A stretch of DNA of 20,000 bases, from assembly GCA_018985235.1 (NCBI GenBank), contig JADGIG010000004.1, positions 52,348 through 72,347 of the forward strand, written 5' to 3'. The stretch's first letter is position 1; each line of letters starts with the position of its first letter. The notes under the pieces are model-generated. The model had not been told where the DNA came from and did not search any database. It worked only from the letters and a program-made list of their open reading frames with translations. Below are positions 11,197 to 20,000 of the stretch, piece after piece. Source of the stretch: Sanchytrium tribonematis. Its lineage: Eukaryota. Position numbers and translations under genes: made by a program.

Positions 11197-11541
11197 TTAG
11201 CCCAAATAGTTGCTTACAAATGCATTTAATACGACTGCGCAGGCAACAAACTCTGCAAATTCGACAGGTTTCTCGGCATTTCTTAAATTTGCCACCAATA
11301 CGAAGCAGCCTACGGAATATATAAATGATGCCAAAAAAGCATTAAAAGGAAATGATCCTGATAAAGCGCAATATGCAAAGATTAAAATACCTGTAAACAT
11401 ACAAAAAACCAAATAGGTATCTAAGAACTGGGTCAATGAATCTGTAGTTTTGTAGTATGAAGTTTCTTTAACAGGACTTGTAGGTGAAGCGTCACTAAAT
11501 TCTGCCGAATTATTTTTCGATTTGGACTTGGACTTTGCCAT
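11197..11541 (-). CDS. OST2: Oligosaccharyltransferase subunit Ost2/DAD1, 114 aa
   Basis: FLDTYLVFCMFTGILIFAYCALSGSFPFNAFLASF...FVLVANLR...FAEFV...NYLG is the DAD1 family signature. Confidence 0.92.
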   Translation of the reverse strand: MAKSKSKSKNNSAEFSDASPTSPVKETSYYKTTDSLTQFLDTYLVFCMFTGILIFAYCALSGSFPFNAFLASFIYSVGCFVLVANLRNAEKPVEFAEFVACAVVLNAFVSNYLG

Positions 11542-11581
11542 TTAATGTTTCAAAAATTTAGAAATTCAATTTATTTTCAAA

Positions 11582-13857
11582 TCAAATCAAGGCGTGCTGC
11601 ATATAAAGCATTTTTCTAACCATGAAATATTCACGGCTAATCACACCCTCTATTTGTAAGGCTCCGTCTTTTGACTTTTGAAGTACAATTTTGTCTTCAA
11701 TTACCAAACAACCTTGCCTAAACGATGATTTCATACCTATATCCTCTAAGCACTGTCGAAAATCGGACAATCGAAAATCCTTAGATAAAAACATGTTTGG
11801 GTAGGAATGATCCGCATTTCTACTTGGAGTAGTATCCAAAATTACATCGTCATTGGTCATTTCCACCTTCCCATATATAAAACTTAAATCATAAGGGTCC
11901 AACCGTTGGAATTTTAATTTGCTCATGAGGGCATCAGTCAGTTTGGCCTAAATAAACAACGAATTACATTAATCACGTTACCAGCACTTGAAATTTCAAT
12001 CCATTCATTATTGATAGATGGTATCACTTCCGCGTTTGCAATATCAGTGGAAATCTCCTCAATAAATTTTGATAGGCCCCTAGTTAAAATTAGTTTCTTC
12101 GGTTCTAGTTGGGAGAATATGGTTAGCATTGAGGGTCCGTCACTTAATCCCTGCATGTCAACAAAGAGAAAGAAAAACTTTGCTTTTGAATTAAATTCTC
12201 TCTGTTCCACTTTACTTGGTACATAATCAACTCCTTGAGGTATTTCCTCTTCGTCGTCTTCTATGACAGTAGGTAAAATGCCTTTAGACTCATATTTTGA
12301 GGTGTCAATGATTAGTCCATACTCGTCCCATTTTCTTTTGCCTAATAAAGAATCTTTGGAACTTATCGTGGGTATACCTATTGGATATTCGGTGTATGGA
12401 AACATGCGGTTGACATCCGAGTCATAAACAAACAAGTCATGAGTTTTTGAGAAATGATCAAGCTGAATATCAGTAATGTGTTGTTTGTGGACAGCAGCTT
12501 CATTGTCGTCTCCCATTTCTGACAGTTCAGTGATTGAAGATTCGTCATCTAATTCTAAATTTTCATCAACATCCATGTCAGTATTTGGCTTTTTCTTCTT
12601 CTTTTTCAACGATTCTGCTTCCTGCTGCTTTAAAATTTCCAATTCTCTTAGTTTTTGCTCCTCTTGATAATATTTTTGCAACTCTTCACCTTCTAAAGGC
12701 ACATTTACATTATATTCATGACTTAGTTCACCATTGACTAGTCTTAAAGGTAGTTGCTCCATGTCGCTGTTCTCTGCTTTCCAAATCTGCAATAATTTGT
12801 CAGATAAAGAGCCAGGAGTTGGCCTACTGGTTAAAATGATAGCAGAATCGCTTGCAACATACTTCAGTGTCAACTCTCGACCAAAAGTATCTTCTAAGTC
12901 TTTGTCAATCGTGACTACTACATACGGACCCCTTGGAAGCTTTTCGATCTCTTCTATCACGTTAAAAAACCGAAATTCAAATGGATGCTTACGTGTGGTG
13001 GCAAATTCCGAGCTCAGGGCATCCGAAAAACTTTCAAGCATTCCCTTCCCGTACTGAATCCATTTTTTTGCATTTTTTGCCAGAAAAAAAATCGGATGTT
13101 TGCAATAATTTTTCTTTTTTGTATCGTAATCGTGGCACCATGCGTTATCCAATATATACAAAATCTCAAAGAGACGAGCTGTTGCATCAACTGGAACTAG
13201 AACATTTGCTCTCTTTTTTAATGCATGAATAATGGAATTTACAAACTTGGCTTCCCGATCACGACTGGTCCCTGAATCAAGTTCAAAAACGTCAATGTTT
13301 GTAATTAAACATGTAGGCTTAGTAAATATCTCGGAAACAGACCCACCCGAGAATAAGTCGCTTGGGTTTAATGCCTTTTCTCTTTTATGGTTTATGTTGA
13401 GACAATAAAGAAAATCACTTGCCATGTAACTTATTTTATAAAATGATCCACCTGGTGAATGTGCCGAATTATAGGCTATTAGCTCGACTTCTCCAACTTT
13501 GAATGGTTGCATATAAGTTACATTGATGGCATTCTGAAATGAATTCTCAATTTCCTTAATCAACTCATTCCCATCAAAGTATTGGAGCAATGCCATTCTA
13601 GAAAAGTATAGCGTTGGCAAAGTGGCATATATTGGGCCGGTATATCCTTTTTTAGATAATTTGGGCAAATCTTTGACACATTCCAAGCTCGAATGTGACA
13701 ATAACACAGCGTCTATATTACAATCAAAATCATCAGGAATATATCCCACGTCAAGAAGGATCTTTTTTCTGTCAATCTCAAGCAGATAAGACACTTGATA
13801 ATCTTTCACTTTCTCTTCTTCGATTCCGCCTCGAATCGCACAAAATCTCACACTCAT
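11582..13857 (-). CDS. CFT2: Cleavage and polyadenylation specificity factor subunit 2 (CPSF100/Cft2), about 751 aa; exons 13857-11968 and 11947-11582
   Basis: Inactive metallo-beta-lactamase/beta-CASP pattern (KILLDVG, IDAVLLSHS, VLVPVDATARLFEIL, MFPY, WDEYG, VDMQGLSDGPSM). The C-terminal domain reads RLSDFRQCL...LQIEGVISREYFMVRKMLYMQHALI. Confidence 0.9.
11948..11967 (-). other. 20-nt spliceosomal intron in CPSF100 (GTAATTCGTTGTTTATTTAG)
   Basis: Removal gives NVIN|AKLTDALMSKLKF, joining the two ORFs in frame. Confidence 0.85.
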
Positions 13858-14019
13858 TTGTGATAAGGAGAAAATCTTCAGGTCAGCAGTTAATGGTGGA
13901 AATTGACGCAAAACATAGCTAAAGAATGTCAACATATAGCCTCAATTATCCTAGAAATTTGTTATTTTCAACATTTAAAAATTGGGGAATGTCCCTTTAA
14001 ACAAAAATTAAATTTTTAA

Positions 14020-14107
14020 GTAAGTAGTGCATGTGATGAGCTTCAGAATCGTACGGGCGGTCTTACTTCTGACGACAAGAGATTCGCTGACGCAATTTTT
14101 AATTTAG
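14020..14107 (+). other. Putative 88-nt snoRNA-hosting intron in a non-coding transcript
   Basis: GTAAGT donor at 14020 and TTAATTTAG acceptor ending at 14107, identical to the 3' end of RPT1 intron 1. It brackets the snoRNA, and AATAAA follows at 14131-14136. Confidence 0.7.
14028..14094 (+). ncRNA. Box C/D snoRNA, U43/SNORD43/snR70-like, with a second candidate guide
   Basis: C box GTGATGA 14033-14039; guide ACGGGCGGT 14053-14061, complementary to universal SSU rRNA ACCGCCCGU; D' CTTA 14062-14065; C'-like TGACGA 14070-14075; D box CTGA 14087-14090; terminal TGC/GCA stem. Confidence 0.88.
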
Positions 14108-14189
14108 AACCAATCCTTTCAATCTGATTTAATAAATACTGTTTTGTTTTCACTTTTAAAGTTTGAACATTTGGAGTCCCTTTAGAAAC

Positions 14190-14945
14190 ATGAGTGCCGT
14201 CAATTTGTCGAGATTGATCCGGAAATATAAGCTTGGTAAGCAGATAACAATGGTGACAGCGTGGGATTCTATGACCGCTCAATTTATAGAAAAAAGTAGA
14301 GTAGACTGTTTATTGGTTGGCGATTCTTTAGCAATGACAGCCCTTGGTCATGAATCTACCGTACCTCTTGGACTAGATGAAATGATACATCACACAAAAG
14401 CAGTGGCGCGAGCAGCAAAGCGGCCATTTATTATATCAGATATTCCATTTTCTTCCATGAATAATATTATCGACTCGGCTATTCAGCTAATGAAATGTGG
14501 CGCGAATTCTGTGAAGCTTGAAGGTGTTCATGAAAATATTAAAAAAATGGTCAGTTTAGGAATTCCTTGTTTGGGACACATAGGCTTAAATCCGCAACAT
14601 GTAAATCAACTTGGTGGATATAAAGTGTATCGCAATGAAGATATTATTGAGCAAGCAAAATTATTACAATCTTTTGGATGTTGGGGTATTGTATTGGAGG
14701 CTGTACCGTCAAGTATTGCCAAGAAAGTGCAATCTAGTGTTGATATTCCATTAGTTGGAATAGGCGCTGGCAAATTGGACGGGCAAGTACTGGTGTTTCC
14801 TGATCTTCTAGGGCTAAGTACCAGTGTACCTAAATTTTGTAGGGTAATGGCAAAAGCAGGTGAAGAAATTGATACTGGGCTTGAAAATTTTTGCGAATCG
14901 GTAGAGTCCCTCAACTTTCCTGCAGAAGAAGAAGAGTATAAGTAA
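14190..14945 (+). CDS. ECM31: 3-methyl-2-oxobutanoate hydroxymethyltransferase (PanB/Ecm31), 251 aa
   Basis: ITMVTAWD, LLVGDSLAM, DEMIHHTKAVAR, VKLEG, GHIGLNPQ and GIGAG..DGQVLVFPDLLG. Confidence 0.95.
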   Translation: MSAVNLSRLIRKYKLGKQITMVTAWDSMTAQFIEKSRVDCLLVGDSLAMTALGHESTVPLGLDEMIHHTKAVARAAKRPFIISDIPFSSMNNIIDSAIQLMKCGANSVKLEGVHENIKKMVSLGIPCLGHIGLNPQHVNQLGGYKVYRNEDIIEQAKLLQSFGCWGIVLEAVPSSIAKKVQSSVDIPLVGIGAGKLDGQVLVFPDLLGLSTSVPKFCRVMAKAGEEIDTGLENFCESVESLNFPAEEEEYK

Positions 14946-15019
14946 GTCATATTTTGATCAATATAATTTAAATAAAGATCTCATAATGAATATTTTGTCG
15001 CAATAATTCTCCTTCAGAC

Positions 15020-15217
15020 ATGTTTTCTATTGTTAGAAGAGCAAAGCCATCAGATGTCATTTTTAACATTGTCAAAGACGAACTTTCAAAATTTAAGCCG
15101 ATAGTTGTCAAACCAAAAGATCCTCTTCTTATTAATGATATATCTGCACCTAAAGCCCCTGAGGCTGTTCAATTTAAGCCTGTGACTGCAGAAGAGTTGC
15201 AAAAATACGATTCTTAA
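15020..15217 (+). CDS. ATP14: Probable mitochondrial ATP synthase subunit h (Atp14-like), 65 aa
   Basis: Presequence-like MFSIVRRAK. DVIFNIVKDELSKFKP...D...SAPKAPE resembles the fungal subunit h pattern D-x-(V/I)-Q-D-L-Y-L-x-E-L-K-x-Y-K-P...F-S-x-P-K-x-P. AATAAA overlaps the stop. Confidence 0.6.
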   Translation: MFSIVRRAKPSDVIFNIVKDELSKFKPIVVKPKDPLLINDISAPKAPEAVQFKPVTAEELQKYDS

Positions 15218-15301
15218 ATAAAGTTTAATCTTATCGCCAAATTTGTTCTCTTTCACTTTATTTTTAAAAAAATCTTCCAAATATTTTCAAGAAGTTGAAA
15301 C

Positions 15302-18300
15302 ATGATTATTTTTGCCGCAACATTTTATACGATTATTACAGTATCCCTAATAACTCCGTTGCAAGTAAGCTATTTGCAGGAATACATTGTATTTTTGTCC
15401 ATATTTTATCCTAAATCAAGCCATCAAAGATATATACAAAACTACGATGAACTAGATGCAGATGTCAAAAAATATCTTAATTTTAATCATCATGCGAATT
15501 GGGTTCACGGTTCTATGAATGACAAAGCTTGGCCCAGACTGGATCTTGGAACAAGTGGTTCTGTCAAATTGATCGATTTAGATGTTCTTGATAATATGCA
15601 ATGGAAGGAAGTTTTCGAGCTGGTAGCCAATTATCGTCTGAAAATCAAGTTTGTATATAACAAAAATCTTCCTTTTGTTTATTTAGGTGGCTACGGTGTA
15701 GAATTAGTGTTGAAATCGACTGAATATTCTGTATCTGATGATCGCCATATTGAAAACTCATTTACTTTGGAACACAATAAAGATGATGCTCTGGACTTGC
15801 CAGTTAGTTCCAAAAAAATAGAAGATAACGAAATTAAAGAAAAAGCATTCTCGTATATATATTCCCTTGATGAAGATGACAAATCAAGGTTTGATGCTTT
15901 ACGCGTATTATCTCAAAATTTCATTATGTATCAAGAATTCATTTCAAATCAAAAAGTGAACAAAAAGTTGATCAAAAACATTATGTATAATTCCAAAAGA
16001 AAAGATTACCATGGAATGTTTTTAAATGGATTAAACATTCACCAAGATTTAACAAATGCCATTGGACTTGATGGCTTGATTCGAGATGAAAAAATTGCAA
16101 TGAATTATGTTTCCGATAAAAATGCTTTTTTTAAATCAAAATCATCCTCAAAAATCACTTACCAAATTGCTGTCCCCACTTGGCTCAACCAAATCGAGGG
16201 TAATTCTAAATTTAAGTCATATCCGGCAACTTTACAGGAAGCATTTCAAATGTGGCAATTTTACCGTCAAATGATGCCAGTGATGCCTATTCAAAAGCAC
16301 ATCATCAACGTAGTTATAATTTCTAATTTACCTAATATTAAGTATGTAGAATCAATTCTGACTGCTGATATTGCAATACATCTTGGAATCGTACCAATAC
16401 CTTACAGCGATGAGGATCCGGGGCTTTCATACGCGCTGCATTTTATTGCAAAGAAAAATATTAGAAAAGTGCGGGACTTTCTTCGTGAATACATCGAATC
16501 GGATAAGCCATACATCGAGAGAATCAAATCGTCTTGCGAGTCAGTTATAAAATGTGACAAATTAAGGTCAAGCTATTTGCAAGAACTGCCTCAGTTGAAG
16601 AAGTTTGCTGATCGTTTACAACTTACAAGTAAGACCAATTTATACTGGTTAAATGGAGAAATCTATAAATTGGAAGAAGATTTTGAACAAATGATTATTC
16701 AGCACTCTCGGGAGCAATACGCGGCATTGTTTGACCTGCTCGAGACTGGTCAGGTTGATGACAGCACCAATTTTTTCAATTTTTTCAACAAAGGATTTGC
16801 AAGCCGCCATGAAATTCTCGATAATGTGAACGATTACAAACAGTTGAGTTTGTTGGGTGGGGAGGACATTTTAGGAGAAATTGAGTATTTGAGTAGTATA
16901 TCTGAATCGAAAAGTATAGTCATACTTTTTTGCCAAATCGCCTCTATAATATGCAAGGAAACGCAAGAATCTTTAAAAGCCTTTCATGTGAATACAGAAA
17001 ATTGGACTTCTGAATCTTTGAATATACAAAGTATCCCCTTAATATTAGCTTTTGCCAAAACAGCCGGTGAAAGCGCAATTTTAATTAATGGGAGACTCTA
17101 TCAATTCAATAATACCTTATCTCGTTCTGTTTTGGACCAATTAGCTAATAGAGAAGAAATTGTGGTGGACTGTGAAGATACAAAAATTTGCCACTTAAAT
17201 TTGTTTGGAATTAATTATTCAAACTCTGCGATTGAGAAGAGAAATAGTCTTTATTATTCTTCGATATCACGTAAAACAATGACATCGAAGTTGAAAAGGT
17301 AAACATTTTTAACGAAGACCATTGGAAATTCACAATGTTAATTGCAAAGTCAATATTACAGCCGTCTTTGATCCATTTACAGACAGCGGGCAAAAGCTTA
17401 TATCCGTTTTAGAGAATATTGACGGCTGTGTAACTTTTCATCCCATCATTGAAGAGGGTATTTCTAAACGATTTTATCGCTATCTAAATCCAAGTGAATC
17501 TACACTAAAAACAGTTACATTTAAGACGCTCCCAAAACAAATTTTGGTAACCAGTGGTATCGATGCTCACCCAAGCTGGGTAGTTGCTGCAAAAAGAGCA
17601 GCACATGATCTAGACAATATACGCATTTCAGGTTCTGATGTTTTTGCTGAGTATGAATTAAAAAATCTTGTAATAGTAGGACATTGCTTTGATGTCAATG
17701 GTTCTCCTGCAGCTGGACTACAGCTTGAGCTTTACTCTAAAAATTATAGTGATGACACAATTGTGATGAGTAATTTAGGATACTTTCAACTCAAGGCTCA
17801 TTCAGGTATTTATAAATTTAGAATAAGATCTGGTAAAAGTAAAGAAATTTACAAAATACAAGAAGTTAAAGACAGTATCGGAAACTCTATTGAAGAGTCT
17901 GAAGGAGAATATACAATACTATTGGATAGCTTTGAAGGAAAAGTTCTGTTGCCCAAAGTCAAAAAACAAGCTGGTAAAGAGGCTATTGATCTGGTCGGCG
18001 ATGACCTTAATCCTGCTGACTCAGTCTGGGATTTTGTCAAGAAAGCAATGAAAACTGAGAAGATAATCAATATATTTACCGTAGCAAGTGGTCACTTATA
18101 TGAAAGATTTTTATCAATTATGGTCAAAAGTGTCTTGATGCACACCAAGTCTCGGGTTAAATTATGGTTAATTGAAGACTTTCTCTCGCCAAACTACAAA
18201 ACTTTTGTTGGAAAATTCGCAGAGAAGTACGATTTTGATTATGAATTTGTCACCTATAAATGGCCCAGCTGGTTGCGTTATCAAAAAGAAAAACAAAGAT

Positions 18301-18917
18301 TAATTTGGGCATACAAGATACTCTTTCTTGATGTTCTCTTTCCATTAAATCTGGAACGAATTATTTTTGTTGATAGCGATCAGATTGTTAGGACAGATCT
18401 CCAAGCCTTGATGGATCTCGATCTTAACGGGAAACCATATGCATACACTCCATTTTGCTATAGCAAAAGAGAGGATACCAAATCATTCAGATTTTGGGAG
18501 TCCGGATACTGGAAGTCTCATTTAGGTGATTTGCCATATCACATCTCTGCCCTATATGTAGTAGATTTGAAAAGATTTAGACAGATGGCAGCAGGAGATA
18601 TTTTGAGAGGCCAATATCAGCAATTGACAATAGACCCAAATTCTTTAGCCAACTTAGATCAAGACTTGCCAAATAATATGCAACATAAAGTACCAATATA
18701 CTCTTTAGACGAATCCTGGTTATATTGCGAAACTTGGTGTTCCGATGAAGTATTTGCAAAAGCAAAGACCATTGATTTATGCAATAATCCTTTAACCAAG
18801 GAACCCAAATTGGTTAGAGCAAAAAGACAAATAAAGGAATGGGTTGAATATGATGATGAAATCGCAGAATTTGCAAGCACATTGAAAGCAAATAGAGAAG
18901 AAAAAGAAGAGCTTTAG
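15302..18917 (+). CDS. UDP-glucose:glycoprotein glucosyltransferase (UGGT), 1198 aa; exons 15302-17298 and 17318-18917
   Basis: Hydrophobic N-terminus, GYGVELVLKSTEY, DTIVMSNLGYFQLKA, INIFTVASGHLYERF, YKILFLDVLFPL, IFVDSDQIVR, NSLANLDQDLPN, WLYCETWC and a C-terminal KEEL ER-retention signal. Confidence 0.95.
17299..17317 (+). other. 19-nt spliceosomal intron in UGGT (GTAAACATTTTTAACGAAG)
   Basis: GT-AG ends and an in-frame TAA inside. Removal joins the two ORFs in frame (KLKR|PLEIH). Confidence 0.82.
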
Positions 18918-18934
18918 GAATAAAATCAATTTAA

Positions 18935-19381
18935 TCACACAATCATGTTATTCTTTTCAGAAATTTGCAGCTTTGGTATGTCTTCATCTAAGGTAATATA
19001 AAATCTTTTAAGATAAGCTAAAGTGGTAGATGCAAAAGCCACAACACAAATGAGAACTACAGATGTGGTCCAAATCAAAAATCTTCTTGCGTCAGCGATA
19101 TCATCTCTTGGTGCTTTCAGTTTTGATAGTTGCTGATCTTCACTGATTACAGAGATCAGGATGATCGTGAAAAATGTTAAAATTGAAAAGAGATACACCA
19201 ATCCAGCACTAACAAGTCTTTGCTTCTTACTGACTGCATGTAATCCGAAGGCCCCTGATAATATAAACAATGGCCCGTTTAAAATGTCACCCATGGTAAC
19301 CAAGAAAGTCCCAAATATTGCTTGCGAAGCAAAAGATACCAACAAAGTGTTGGAAATTGAGTTAGACGCCATTGTTTCCAT
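18935..19381 (-). CDS. Hypothetical multi-pass membrane protein, about 148 aa
   Basis: ORF with about 4 hydrophobic segments. The start is at 19381 or 19372 (19447 is also possible). Confidence 0.65.
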   Translation of the reverse strand: METMASNSISNTLLVSFASQAIFGTFLVTMGDILNGPLFILSGAFGLHAVSKKQRLVSAGLVYLFSILTFFTIILISVISEDQQLSKLKAPRDDIADARRFLIWTTSVVLICVVAFASTTLAYLKRFYITLDEDIPKLQISEKNNMIV

Positions 19382-19413
19382 CACGTCTCCTTGATTTGCC
19401 ACAATTAAATGAT

Positions 19414-19650
19414 TTATTCTACAGACTGCACTGTGACCTGAACGCATTTAAATCCTCTATTAGTAGACTTTAATTTTTTAATTTGTACATCAATGTTGCT
19501 GGGAATGTCCTTTGGAAGATCAAATCCGTAAAGTCCTGATTCAACTTTTCTAACTATTTTCATCATTTCTGGAGAGCAAGTCTTTTGTTGGGGAACACTT
19601 AATAGCTGAAAATCACTTACAAAATAAATCCCTTTAAATATTTCGTGCAT
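19414..19650 (-). CDS. Hypothetical small protein, 78 aa
   Basis: TATATAAAA and GTCCCT lie upstream of the ATG. The stop sits in GAATAAATCA, the same context as the ValRS stop. Confidence 0.45.
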   Translation of the reverse strand: MHEIFKGIYFVSDFQLLSVPQQKTCSPEMMKIVRKVESGLYGFDLPKDIPSNIDVQIKKLKSTNRGFKCVQVTVQSVE

Positions 19651-19770
19651 AGGTTAGGGACGGCTATTACTTTTATATACGAGGCTGAGAACTCTAAAAC
19701 AATGAACTAAATTTAGATATCTTGACCCCACAAAGAAAAAGGAAAACAATTTACTTCAAAGAATTACACC

Positions 19771-20000
19771 TCAGTTAGATTGATCTGAAGTAACAGAAAA
19801 CTGGTCTACAGATGGTGAAATTTTCGCTGAATTTGACTTTCTACTTTCCTGACTCTCAGAATTTGAATGTTCTACTTCGGGTGAAGCTGGGCTTAATGAT
19901 TGACTTCTCGAGCCAGAGTTTGGGCTTAATTCGTGCTTGTGAATGGAACTAGCATGTATTATCGGAGAAACAGCTTTGGGCCCCATATTGAGAAAACTGC
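19771..20000 (-). CDS. 3' end of a gene with a Ser/Pro-rich, disordered-looking C-terminus (partial)
   Basis: The frame is open from the window end to TGA at 19771-19773. Confidence 0.55.
   Translation of the reverse strand, partial: SFLNMGPKAVSPIIHASSIHKHELSPNSGSRSQSLSPASPEVEHSNSESQESRKSNSAKISPSVDQFSVTSDQSN

Noticed and set aside
13858..13935. N-terminal extensions from TTG/GTG or upstream starts in the ORF track (CPSF100, POL31, ECM31, thioesterase)
   Set aside because: Family similarity begins at the downstream ATG in each case, and the ORF track allows prokaryote-style starts.
14190..14945. panB as a recent bacterial horizontal transfer
   Set aside because: Fungi normally carry ECM31/panB, and its composition and signals match the neighbouring genes. 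Only a phylogeny could show otherwise.
15365..15379. GTAAGCTATTTGCAG as a 15-nt in-frame intron in UGGT
   Set aside because: It lacks the A at -6, and the encoded residues fit the expected UGGT N-terminal spacing. It is not needed to restore the frame.
19598..19620. GTAAGT...CTATTAAG as a 23-nt intron (minus strand) in the 78-aa ORF
   Set aside because: Removal gives a stop after 15 codons, while the unspliced ORF ends in the typical AATAAA-overlapping stop. It cannot be fully excluded without cDNA.

Overview
This is AT-rich, very gene-dense eukaryotic nuclear DNA, most consistent with a compact-genome, early-diverging fungus or fungus relative. The evidence is an Rtt106 homologue, an ATP synthase subunit h-like gene, ECM31/panB and BCKDH E1-beta. 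It holds about 18 protein genes, mostly housekeeping: ValRS, SmD1, BCKDHB, Rpt1, Pol31/POLD2, Ost2/DAD1, CPSF100, panB and UGGT. Most intergenic gaps are 0-100 nt, with a few of 150-430 nt. Six frame breaks in five conserved genes are each repaired exactly by removing a GT-AG intron of only 19 or 20 nt, all with T at -8 and A at -6 from the 3' end. One long intron candidate of the same type (88 nt, 14020-14107) lies in an apparently non-coding transcript. It encloses a box C/D snoRNA with a U43/snR70-type SSU guide and a second guide complementary to 5.8S rRNA. AATAAA signals overlap or closely follow most stop codons, and two convergent gene pairs abut with no spacer. No mobile elements, CRISPR arrays, tRNA or rRNA genes were recognised. 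All assignments come from reading the sequence by eye, without database searches.
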